Made by a program: the position numbers and the translations under genes. Shown piece after piece: positions 10,562 to 19,314 of a stretch of DNA of 37,198 nt. The stretch lies in IMG/VR virus record IMGVR_UViG_2778261644_000010; one strand, given 5' to 3'. The notes beneath the pieces were generated by a model that saw only the letters and a program-made list of their open reading frames with translations, did not search any database and was not told the origin of the DNA. Within the stretch, counting starts at the first letter, position 1; the number at the start of each line of letters is the position of its first letter. Source of the stretch: a virus. Its lineage: Duplodnaviria; Heunggongvirae; Uroviricota; Caudoviricetes.

Positions 10562-11323
10562 ATGGAAACCGTTTTTGATGCACTGAAAGCAATGGGAAAA
10601 GCCACGTCGGTAGAACTGGCTGCGCGACTTGATATCAGTCGTGAAGAAGTGCTGAACGAGCTGTGGGAACTGAAAAAGGCTGGATTCGTTGATAAAAGCG
10701 TATACACCTGGCGTGTGGCCGATAACAACGTTCAGCAGGAACATCCAGTGCCGGAAGAACAGCCGGAAGAAATCGCCACGGCAACAGTAGCGAAAATCTC
10801 AGAGTGCGATTTAACCGCGACGATTGAACAACGCGGACCACAAACGGCGGATGAACTGGCTACGCTGTTCGGTACCACATCCCGCAAAGTTGCTTCAACG
10901 CTGGCAATGGCAATCAGCAAAGGACGCCTGATTCGCGTAAATCAAAACGGTAAATTTCGTTACTGCATGCCGGGCGGTAATTTACCAGCAGAGCCGAAAG
11001 CTGCATCGGTAGCGGAAACTGATGGTAAAGCCTTTCCTCAGCCTGCATGTGTTGTTTTACCAGTACAGGAGGCTGCAATACAGGAAGAAATTAAAACAGA
11101 AACTGTGGCGGACATTGTGCAGCCGCTGCCATCGTTCACTGAAACGCGAGCAGATGACCTGGTTTTACCATCGCTGCATATGGCAAACCGCGAACTGCGT
11201 CGGGCGAAAAGTCATGTCCAGAAGTGGGAGCGAGTCTGCGCCGCGCTGCGTGAGCTGAACAAACACCAGGATATTGTCCGTCAGATTGTCGATTCCTCCA
11301 GTCGTATTGTGTCGGAAAAGTGA
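10562..11323 (+). CDS. YdaW-like phage protein with tandem winged-helix-like segments
   Basis: Start at the ATG after GGGAGG ([13 protein letters not shown]). Two similar helix-rich segments ([28 protein letters not shown] and [30 protein letters not shown]). Occupies the position where K-12 Rac carries the truncated ydaW. Confidence 0.55.
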   Translation: METVFDALKAMGKATSVELAARLDISREEVLNELWELKKAGFVDKSVYTWRVADNNVQQEHPVPEEQPEEIATATVAKISECDLTATIEQRGPQTADELATLFGTTSRKVASTLAMAISKGRLIRVNQNGKFRYCMPGGNLPAEPKAASVAETDGKAFPQPACVVLPVQEAAIQEEIKTETVADIVQPLPSFTETRADDLVLPSLHMANRELRRAKSHVQKWERVCAALRELNKHQDIVRQIVDSSSRIVSEK

Positions 11324-11339
11324 TTCTAGGGGAGGGCTT

Positions 11340-11759
11340 ATGGCAAAAGTATTAACACAGGAAGAGCGAGAAAAAATTAAAGGGCAGATTGTTGATCTCG
11401 TACGCCAGAGTGAGCGAGAGACGTTACGACAACTGGAAGCTAAAACAGGGGCAACCAGATATCTGATAAGTATTCTCGCCAAAGAGCTGGTTTCGAGTGG
11501 TGACGTATACAACTCTGGCTACGGGTTATTCCCGTCTGAGCAGGCACGTAAAGACTGGCAAAACGCCAGCAAAAAACTCTCGAGTGCAAAGTCGAAGGAA
11601 CCGGTTATGGTTGATCCTGACCTTATCTGCTCGTTATCTGACGGAGAAATACGTCGTTACGACAGGCGTCATAATATAATTTGTAGTGAGTGCCGTAAAA
11701 GAGAAGTTATGAAGCGTATATTGTCGTTTTATCAGGGAGATGTTCGGTATTTATTGTAG
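11340..11759 (+). CDS. Hypothetical phage protein
   Basis: 139-aa ORF from the ATG after GGGGAGG (MAKVLTQEEREK), with a C-terminal CxxC (ICSECRK). Last gene before the AT-rich island. Confidence 0.5.
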   Translation: MAKVLTQEEREKIKGQIVDLVRQSERETLRQLEAKTGATRYLISILAKELVSSGDVYNSGYGLFPSEQARKDWQNASKKLSSAKSKEPVMVDPDLICSLSDGEIRRYDRRHNIICSECRKREVMKRILSFYQGDVRYLL

Positions 11760-11933
11760 TGACGAGATTAAAGACCATTAATTCATATGTGAATTGACAT
11801 TTTCATGGCACAGGGTAGAGCTAGCATGGTTGTCAGTTTTGTGCCGACAACGGTCATTGCTTTCCTGATAGAAATGGCGATGATAACATGCTGTTAATTA
11901 CATCGCCAATACAAAAAAGTAATATAACTAAAA

Positions 11934-13961
11934 TCAAAGACTCATGTTAATAGTCATAACCTCCGAATCGTAATCTACTGATTTGATTACTGGGAAGCTA
12001 TGTTCCTGCTCCATGGGCGCAAGCAGAGCACCTGGTTTAAATACAAGATATTTTTTAGAGATTTTATAAGACTCACTGTTTATATGCGGAAATTTTATTT
12101 CATTATACTCGTAACGCTTAGTGTTGGCATGCAGTTGTGGTGGGTTTGCTATATATTTTTTAAAGTTGCCTTTTAATTCATCAATATTGTTATATAGCCT
12201 GTGCCAGGCAATAGGGTTAAATCCATTTTGTGAAATTACGGTTAGCAAATTTATCTCGTTTGAGGCAAAGTAGGCTAGAAGTATTTTCTCATCAATCACT
12301 GGTATTGAATTAAAGGAATATCCAACAAATATCTGGCTGCTGTTAATTATAAATCCAGCAAAATTATAATTCTTATTTTTGTCATAACTCCAACCTAACC
12401 TTTCAAAAATAACCTCTATATTATTTTTTATAAATTCTGTTTTCCTTACGACCTGTTCTCCTGCATGCTGAAGTATTTCAGATGTCCGGTACTTAGATAT
12501 TTCTGAATCAGTCGTAACTATAGACTTTGCTTCACCAATCAAAATCATATCATCTATCCTTGATAATAAATCAATTTCTTCCTCAATGGAGTTTATCTTG
12601 ATTCTTTTAGATACCGCTTTGTCATAGTCAGTTATAAAAGTATTGGTTCCGAGAACACGGTTTATTTTATCTACAACTTTTTTTTCGTAAGTCGTTCCTT
12701 TTCCAGCGAGATTAATATTAAAATGACATGCCCAACGCTCAATAAGCCTAAACATCACCGGCGCATTTAATGCACTAGTCAATAATGCATACTTATTTTT
12801 CTTTAATTTTATCAAAGGTTGACACCAGATATCTCCAGTTGGAGAGGAGTTGAATGTCAAAAAATCAAGAATCTTAGTAACTTTAACCACGCTCATTTCT
12901 GTTGCTTCGCACAAGGCGCGTTCTAATGAACTTGTTTGAACGGTTGGGCAAAACTCCCTTAATTTATTAACATTAAATACACTATCATCTTCTGGATATT
13001 TTTCAGTCTCAATATTTGCGATGAGCATCAATACTCTCATTACATTCAATACTTCTAACAAGCAAAAACCTTTACCAAAATCGTAACGTAACCATTCTTT
13101 GGGAAAATAGTCTTCAAGATGTTTTTCTTCCACTCTCCATTGTGCATTTATTGTTATTAATTCTTTCTTTGCATTTCTAATAGATGCAACCTTTGCCACT
13201 CTTTTTTTATTCTCACGAGTAATAAAAATATATTTATCGCTATCAAAATACTGAGCTATATCAGGTTGGGATGCGATGAGTGTCCGTTGGACAGAAAGTC
13301 TTTCTTTTCGTTGACTGCTGTTATTAAATGCAATTTCAAACGGTGTGTTTGGTTGCTCTATTTTGAATGTTTTATGTTCAGACTCAACTTCGATTAAATT
13401 ATAATCACTCCATAAAACGCATTGCCAAAGATGGATGTAAGTATTATATAACTGAGATAACCAACTTTCTTGTTGGATGAAAGACAATTCATCGATTGGA
13501 TTAGTGGAAATTATTATTTGACTATTTTTTTCTATACCTCTTAGGCATTCTCTTATGGCAAACTGGAAGCCATCGACAGCTCCATGAACGATCTCTCCTA
13601 AGCTTTGTTTATTCCCTAGTTTATTTGCTTCAAGCAATATGCCATTAACATTTGTAGTTGTTGTCTTTTTTGCAAGTTTAAGAGCAACGGCTGATGTTCT
13701 ATTGGAGCTTGCAATATAAGAGATCATTAGTTTTTCATAGTTTGTTTTAGGTGCCCGTCTATACAAATCTGCTAACGCCTCTCTAATATCCTTCAGCACA
13801 CTATAGATGATTATACCCATTGTATAGACTTTTTTATCTCTCGCAGAAGAATTTAATTCAACCTTAGTCCACCCCTCATTCCATTTCTCAAGATTAAAAT
13901 CAGCACGTGTTGGTGACTTGATTTTACCCTTAATAATTTTGCTAATAAATTGATCACTCAT
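11934..13961 (-). CDS. Large orphan protein of unknown function (675 aa), candidate defence gene
   Basis: Long uninterrupted ORF in a visibly AT-rich block, on the strand opposite the flanking phage operons. AAGGA RBS and a perfect TATAAT (minus strand; plus coords 14055-14060) upstream. No P-loop or RT motif seen. The C-terminal third has a possible PD-(D/E)xK-like arrangement (EEIDLLSRIDDMILIGEAKS). Confidence 0.75.
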   Translation of the reverse strand: MSDQFISKIIKGKIKSPTRADFNLEKWNEGWTKVELNSSARDKKVYTMGIIIYSVLKDIREALADLYRRAPKTNYEKLMISYIASSNRTSAVALKLAKKTTTTNVNGILLEANKLGNKQSLGEIVHGAVDGFQFAIRECLRGIEKNSQIIISTNPIDELSFIQQESWLSQLYNTYIHLWQCVLWSDYNLIEVESEHKTFKIEQPNTPFEIAFNNSSQRKERLSVQRTLIASQPDIAQYFDSDKYIFITRENKKRVAKVASIRNAKKELITINAQWRVEEKHLEDYFPKEWLRYDFGKGFCLLEVLNVMRVLMLIANIETEKYPEDDSVFNVNKLREFCPTVQTSSLERALCEATEMSVVKVTKILDFLTFNSSPTGDIWCQPLIKLKKNKYALLTSALNAPVMFRLIERWACHFNINLAGKGTTYEKKVVDKINRVLGTNTFITDYDKAVSKRIKINSIEEEIDLLSRIDDMILIGEAKSIVTTDSEISKYRTSEILQHAGEQVVRKTEFIKNNIEVIFERLGWSYDKNKNYNFAGFIINSSQIFVGYSFNSIPVIDEKILLAYFASNEINLLTVISQNGFNPIAWHRLYNNIDELKGNFKKYIANPPQLHANTKRYEYNEIKFPHINSESYKISKKYLVFKPGALLAPMEQEHSFPVIKSVDYDSEVMTINMSL

Positions 13962-14117
13962 AACAATTAATTTCCTTGATTAATTAAATCCATATATGCA
14001 AGCCAGTACATCTGGTTCATTCTTTATTCGTCCTAATGCTTGTCTTAAGGGGAATATTATAACGTTGTAGATGAAGAAACTACTAGCGTAATCTATTAAA
14101 TTTAGACCGCAACTTCG

Positions 14118-14189
14118 AACTTCCGCTCCTCACACACAGCGGACCTTGTGACCTTGATTTCTGCACGCTCCTTGCTACGAGCGGAAGTT
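14118..14189. other. GC-rich inverted-repeat element (11-bp stem, about 50-nt loop)
   Basis: AACTTCCGCTC (14118-14128) is the perfect reverse complement of GAGCGGAAGTT (14179-14189). Lies in a locally GC-rich block inside the AT-rich divergent intergenic region. Confidence 0.35.
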
Positions 14190-14416
14190 GGTGCAGCGAC
14201 TTGTCTTAGCCAGAGGAGGCAGGGTCAACAACACGACATTGCTAGTTAGATATGTATCTAATAATGAGGGACAGGTCACATTTACCTATAATCCAAAACA
14301 TTATTATGGCTAGGGAAATGTGTACCATACAAAAGATTCATCTACTGCATAGCCTAATTACTACAAACAAATTGTTCGTCTTTGCTTCGAACATTATGCC
14401 CAAAAGGAGAACCTAG

Positions 14417-14764
14417 ATGGTTCCAATCCAAGAAGTTGATTTCCACACAGATAAAAAAGTTATCTATAAGCTACATATTATTTCTCCAACAGGGGCTGCC
14501 CCCTTTTTTACAGAGGTGTTTGTTTACGACTCTGAATTTAATCCACCTTTTGCATCAATGGTTACTTTTCAGCAGCAGTTTCAGGATTCCAAAGCTGCGT
14601 TTACTCATGTGCTTTATTGGGTGGAAAACTACAGTAAAAAGCAAGGTTATACTGTCAACCGAATCAACAACCCATGTAACTGTGAATTCCTATCACAAGC
14701 GGACCAACAACAATCAGTCCAAAGTGCAGGGCTCAATATTCAAGTTAAAGTAAATGAGGTATAA
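14417..14764 (+). CDS. Hypothetical 115-aa protein, first gene of a two-gene cargo operon
   Basis: ATG preceded by AAGGAGAACC. AT-rich. The overlapping alternative-frame ORF 14382-14753 lacks an RBS. Followed 97 nt downstream by the 282-aa gene on the same strand. Confidence 0.55.
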   Translation: MVPIQEVDFHTDKKVIYKLHIISPTGAAPFFTEVFVYDSEFNPPFASMVTFQQQFQDSKAAFTHVLYWVENYSKKQGYTVNRINNPCNCEFLSQADQQQSVQSAGLNIQVKVNEV

Positions 14765-14860
14765 AAATGCCAATCACGGCGACAGTTTGTCCGTTACAGC
14801 TTCGCCTCCACTATAAACCTGCACGTCTTAGCGACGTTAGGTGAGTCAGAGTAAATATCT

Positions 14861-15709
14861 ATGTTCAGCGAATTAGTAAAGGAATTTCATAAAAAAGGAA
14901 TTCCTACAGATAAACCAGATTTTTATGATCATCCAAACTTTATTAAGGAAGAGCAACGAGATCCAAGCTACTTGATTAAGTTTGCAAAATTTGTTGCAGA
15001 AAAGCCATACTCTAATGATTATATAGAAAAGGCAGAGAGTATAATTTTTGATGTGGCAAAGATATTAAGCAAGCAGCTTTTAGATAATGGTCGTCAAGGT
15101 GCTTGTGTGGATATATCAGGAATTCTTGCTCGCATACTGGAACTTAAAGGTATTTGGTGTGCTTGCATTAAAGGCTCTTGCACAATTGATTTCCCCCAAA
15201 AGTCTAATGAAAAAACAACATACTTCTGGTCATCAGATCACGGTGAATTTACTGCTGGACATGCTTGGGTATTTGCTCCACCATTCTCTATAGTGGATAT
15301 CAGCTTGAAGCAACAATTATACACAGGTACTAAAAAAAATTATATCCCTGAAATTATCATGGTAAAAGATGCTGTCAAAACAACATCAACTATAGAGGAC
15401 ATTATCAGCCCTGAAATCAGGATGCTAATGAACGCTCAAGGAATTTCAAAGCATCTTATGCTTAAATATGGCGCATCCGAAATGAATATCATCCAAGAAA
15501 TATTCCCTGCCCAATTGATAGAATTTAATGAAACAAAATTCAAGTTTTCGCCTGTTGCTGTTCATGCGTTTACAGAGTCATTGTCGGGTATGAAAAATAT
15601 GAAGTTTAATGGACTATATCCTTACGATATGTACAGGAAAACCATAAAAGATAAAGTGCCAAATATTGTCTCACTATTAAATCCGGGTGACGCCTACGAT
15701 GCAACCTGA
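14861..15709 (+). CDS. Putative transglutaminase-like / papain-fold cysteine protease or deamidase (282 aa)
   Basis: Motifs in the order and spacing of the transglutaminase-like core: Cys in GACVDISGILARILELKGIW (C82), His in GHAWVF (H134) and Asp in SIVDIS (D146). AT-rich. Confidence 0.6.
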   Translation: MFSELVKEFHKKGIPTDKPDFYDHPNFIKEEQRDPSYLIKFAKFVAEKPYSNDYIEKAESIIFDVAKILSKQLLDNGRQGACVDISGILARILELKGIWCACIKGSCTIDFPQKSNEKTTYFWSSDHGEFTAGHAWVFAPPFSIVDISLKQQLYTGTKKNYIPEIIMVKDAVKTTSTIEDIISPEIRMLMNAQGISKHLMLKYGASEMNIIQEIFPAQLIEFNETKFKFSPVAVHAFTESLSGMKNMKFNGLYPYDMYRKTIKDKVPNIVSLLNPGDAYDAT

Positions 15710-16223
15710 TTCAGGTGTTAACGTCAGTTCCTCGCTCAAAGCGGACTGGAAGGTTAGCTTGCGTCGGACTTGGCGTATTTAAAGAAGTGCTGGTGGTGAC
15801 TGGTTGCTGTGTCCCATTTCCACAGAAAAAATCTGAGAAGTTATACCCATTCGTTGTATTGAATCACTGACGAGACAGCATCATATTTATCAGGGCTGGT
15901 GTAGGTCCAATACAGGAGGTTGTGGTGCTGGTTCTCAAATGCGCGCTGGCTATTGCGGCTGTAATGGCAATTTATTGTCTTGCTATTGCTCTTATGGATC
16001 ACCTTTCTGATTGATTTCATACTGGCGAGGTAACGGGGGTTAAGTAGTATGGCTTCGGGTGCTTGAGGCTATCTGCCTTGGGCATGAAAACCAACGGCAG
16101 ATAGAAAAAGCCCCAGTTGATATTACGCATCTGGCAAGAGGCTTAACATTAATCTGGGGCCCAATCTATGCCTTACTAACGTAGGTTAGTCTCTTACGTT
16201 AGTAAGGCAAGAAGAAGCGGGCT

Positions 16224-16379
16224 ATGAAGCAGCAAAAGGCGATGTTAATCACCCTGATCGTCATCTGTTTAACCGTTATAGTGACGGTACTGGTAACGAG
16301 GAAAGACCTCTGCGAGGTACGAATCCGAACCGACCAGACGGAGGTCGCTGTCTTCACAGCTTACGAACTTGGGGAGTAA
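16224..16379 (+). CDS. Hok/Gef-family type I toxin (51 aa)
   Basis: Hand-translated MKQQKAMLITLIVICLTVIVTVLVTRKDLCEVRIRTDQTEVAVFTAYELGE, which closely matches recalled Hok/RelF-type toxins. Upstream hairpins CCTTACTAACGTA/TACGTTAGTAAGG and CTATCTGCC/GGCAGATAG resemble hok mRNA fold-back elements. Confidence 0.8.
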   Translation: MKQQKAMLITLIVICLTVIVTVLVTRKDLCEVRIRTDQTEVAVFTAYELGE

Positions 16380-16842
16380 GAGGACCAGCGGGGAGAAATC
16401 CCCGCAACCTCTGATGTATTATGCATCCTCAACGCAGCCACAGTTAACCTGATTGGCGGGTTTACTTCATCTGTAAATATTTTTATAAAAATAATGCCCA
16501 CGCACAGCATAAAACAAAAAGTATTACAGATAAAAAAGGAACGTAATGTGCAGATTTGTTGTTTTCCATATTTACTCACCTTAATATGATTAACCCTGAT
16601 AGGGTTGTTATTTCAGCGGTTTTCAAATGAGATATTATGGTGATCTGACAAATTTGCATAACATTAAAATTTAATTTGTTTAACCGCTTTTAATAATAAG
16701 CGTTGTTTGTATCCCAGCAATCTGTTGTTTGGTTTTTATTCCATTAAGGTGGGGGCTTTACACTGGAACCAGTTTATTTATACTTTATACGTCAGCCTGA
16801 ACAACTGGCATCTGCTGCACTGCGCCATCGAGAGATTGAGAA

Positions 16843-17442
16843 ATGGCGCATATACAACTGGTCAAACAAACTTCTTCTGGTTTACTTCTCCCGGCGACGC
16901 CGGAGAGTTGCGATTTTCTGCATCAAATCAAAATAGGTGAGTGGATACACGCAGACTTTAAGCGTGTGCGTAACTACGCATTCCACAAGCGTTTTTTCAA
17001 ACTCCTGCAACTGGGATTCGATTACTGGACTCCGGTCGGTGGGGCGATCACGCCTCGCGAACGAGAACTGCTGTCTGGTTTCGTTGATTACCTGTGCGAA
17101 TCAGTTGGTCGGGAACACACGCCAGCCCTGAGTGATGCCGCAGAGCAATACCTTAACACCGTTGCGACTCGTAGAACCCGGGATACGGCGTTGCTAAAGT
17201 CGTTTGAGGCTTTCCGCGAGTGGGTAACCATTCAGGCCGGATTTTACACCGAGCATATTTATCCGGACGGTAGCCGTGGGCGTCGGGCAAAATCCATCGC
17301 TTTTGCGAATATGGACGAAGTCGAGTTTCAGCAGGTTTATAAATCTGTACTGAATGTGCTGTGGAACTGGATTCTGTTCCGTAAATTCTCCTCTCAGGAG
17401 GAAGTTGAAAATGTGGCCGCACAACTACTGGAGTTTGCGTAA
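16843..17442 (+). CDS. Nin-region phage protein, hypothetical (199 aa)
   Basis: First gene after the AT-rich island, on the rightward strand, directly upstream of the YbcO-like gene. GC content returns to the prophage background. Confidence 0.6.
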   Translation: MAHIQLVKQTSSGLLLPATPESCDFLHQIKIGEWIHADFKRVRNYAFHKRFFKLLQLGFDYWTPVGGAITPRERELLSGFVDYLCESVGREHTPALSDAAEQYLNTVATRRTRDTALLKSFEAFREWVTIQAGFYTEHIYPDGSRGRRAKSIAFANMDEVEFQQVYKSVLNVLWNWILFRKFSSQEEVENVAAQLLEFA

Positions 17443-17732
17443 TGGTGAATTTACGTAAAGCGGCTAAAGGCCAGATGTGCCAGATCAGAATCCCTGGCTA
17501 CTGCAATCACAATCCCGAAACCTCTGTGCTGGCGCATTACAGGCTGGCGGGGAAGTGCGGAACAGCGACAAAACCACACGATATGCAGGCGGCGATAGCC
17601 TGTAGCTCATGCCACGATCTAATCGACGGGCGGGTAAAAACCAGCGATTACACCAAAGAAGAATTGCGCCTGATGCATGCTGAAGGGGTTTTTCGCACAC
17701 AAGAAATCTGGAGAAAGAAAGGTCATTTATGA
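17442..17732 (+). CDS. YbcO-like (DUF1364) putative nuclease, Cys4 zinc-binding
   Basis: 96-aa product with CxxRIPGxC...CSSCHD cysteines, resembling the lambdoid nin-region protein YbcO as I recall it. Confidence 0.65.
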   Translation: MVNLRKAAKGQMCQIRIPGYCNHNPETSVLAHYRLAGKCGTATKPHDMQAAIACSSCHDLIDGRVKTSDYTKEELRLMHAEGVFRTQEIWRKKGHL

Positions 17733-18271
17733 TTTACCCAACGAATACAGGAAAAAGCGGAGAACACCTTCGCCTCACCACGCTGGAAAGTGTCTGGATT
17801 CAGGGAAAACTACGTATGTGGGGGCGCTGGTCGTATATTGGCGGTGGCAGGTCAGGGAATATGTTCAATCAGTTGTTGGCATCCAAAAAACTGACGAAAA
17901 CAGCCATTAATGAAGCCCTGCGCAGAATGAAAAAAGCGGGAATAGAGAAAGCTGAGCTGGAAGCGTTTTTGCGAGAGATGATCAACGGCAAGCAAAAGAG
18001 CTGGCTGGCGCATTGTACTGATGCAGAGGCGTTATGTATTGATCGAGTCATAAGTGAGGTGCTGGCAGAGCATCCAGGATTGATTTGCATTCTCCGGCAA
18101 CGCTATGAAGGGCGGGGGATGACTAAGCGCAAAATGGCTGAATTGCTAAATGATGCACACCCAGAGTGGTGTTTTAGCACATGCGAAAAACGGATTGCTA
18201 ATTGGTTAGCTGTTGCTGAGTATGCCCTATATATTCCCATGCGTGAATCATTTGCTGAGAAAATGGCTTGA
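17729..18271 (+). CDS. Putative late-gene antiterminator Q
   Basis: 180-aa ORF that is the last gene before an intrinsic terminator and the lysis cassette, which is the canonical Q position. Family assigned by synteny only. Confidence 0.5.
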   Translation: MIYPTNTGKSGEHLRLTTLESVWIQGKLRMWGRWSYIGGGRSGNMFNQLLASKKLTKTAINEALRRMKKAGIEKAELEAFLREMINGKQKSWLAHCTDAEALCIDRVISEVLAEHPGLICILRQRYEGRGMTKRKMAELLNDAHPEWCFSTCEKRIANWLAVAEYALYIPMRESFAEKMA

Positions 18272-18351
18272 TTTCTTACGTATAAACTGCTTCAATTTTG
18301 CTATGCTTCGCAAAGCTGTATCGCGAGGCGGATTGCAGACATGGACATCGT

Positions 18352-18378
18352 AAAAAAACCGCTTAATGCGGTTTTTTT
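18352..18378 (+). terminator. Intrinsic terminator downstream of Q (tR-prime-like)
   Basis: A-run, then stem ACCGC (18358-18362), loop TTAAT, stem GCGGT (18368-18372), then a run of seven T. The flanking A and T runs suggest it could act in both directions. Confidence 0.6.
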
Positions 18379-19314
18379 ACGTCAGGAAAGCAGGGGAGAA
18401 TGCTGCTAGTTGGGCAACTGGTCTTTCTGCTCCAAATTATAACAGAGACCAGTTATAGTTTCGGTGCTGTGTTTTTTTACAATATTGTGATAACACATTG
18501 CTGGCGGGAGTTTTGATATTTCTTGGCAGGGGCTGATGATGCGTTATCCTGATGTCGTCAACTCATATAAAATGAGATGAGAGATCATTGCAGGGTGGTT
18601 TGTAATTCGCTGTTTAGCGGGACAATATGTTGTCTGATACAAGACACCCGACGCCTCAGATTACTATAATAAAGACGAAGCATCCTTTGTATTGACCAAC
18701 CGCCTGTTTAGGCGGTTCTTTTTGGGCTGGTTTATTGTATGCCAAATGATTATTAAAAAGGTTGTGTTAATAACAAAATCCGAAATAATATGCCTGCATA
18801 TTTTTATCTTGCTTATATTCTGCATATTGTGCATAGCAGGCTCATCCCTGCAATCAAAACTGTATGATGAGTATTTTTTGTTTTCCTTTTTTCCAGTCAT
18901 CTGATGATGACCTGCTTCTTTTTAATCCGGATCGACATCAGTTTTTTAAGATAATTCCTGCGAGTTATATGCATAAATGTCACAAACTCCGCATTTTATG
19001 TGGTTGGGAGTTGCCGGGCGCGCAGTGAGTTTGCTAAGAAAACTCCTGCATGGTAAATCCCCCTGTGCGGTGGGGTGATACCATTAACCTTTTCTGTCGC
19101 CGACAGGTATCACGAACATTTTGTTCACCGGGAGGCACCCGGCACCATGCACTTCAATAGATTCTCTCCACATTATGGATATTCTTTCAGAATATCCCAC
19201 GCAGACTTTGTGTAAATGTTAACAAATGTGCGTTTTATTTGATCTGATTCGCTGTTTGAGCGTCCAAAACAACGGTATATATAATCCTTTACTATATGAC
19301 ATATGTGAGGAAAA

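Noticed and set aside
14105-14235. Retron msr-msd non-coding RNA
   Set aside because: There is no reverse transcriptase ORF (no YxDD motif) nearby, and the inverted repeat encloses only about 50 nt, not the 150-250 nt msr-msd architecture.
14861-15709. Possibility that the 282-aa papain-fold protein is the prophage-encoded T3SS effector Cif
   Set aside because: The length and the lambdoid prophage location prompted the idea, but Cif uses a Cys-His-Gln triad at different positions as I recall, whereas this ORF has a transglutaminase-like Cys82/His134/Asp146 pattern. I cannot confirm sequence identity, so I do not name it.
18380-19314. tRNA genes between Q and the lysis cassette, as in Stx phages
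   Set aside because: I scanned for a T-loop GGTTCGAATCC-like motif and cloverleaf-compatible stems and found none.
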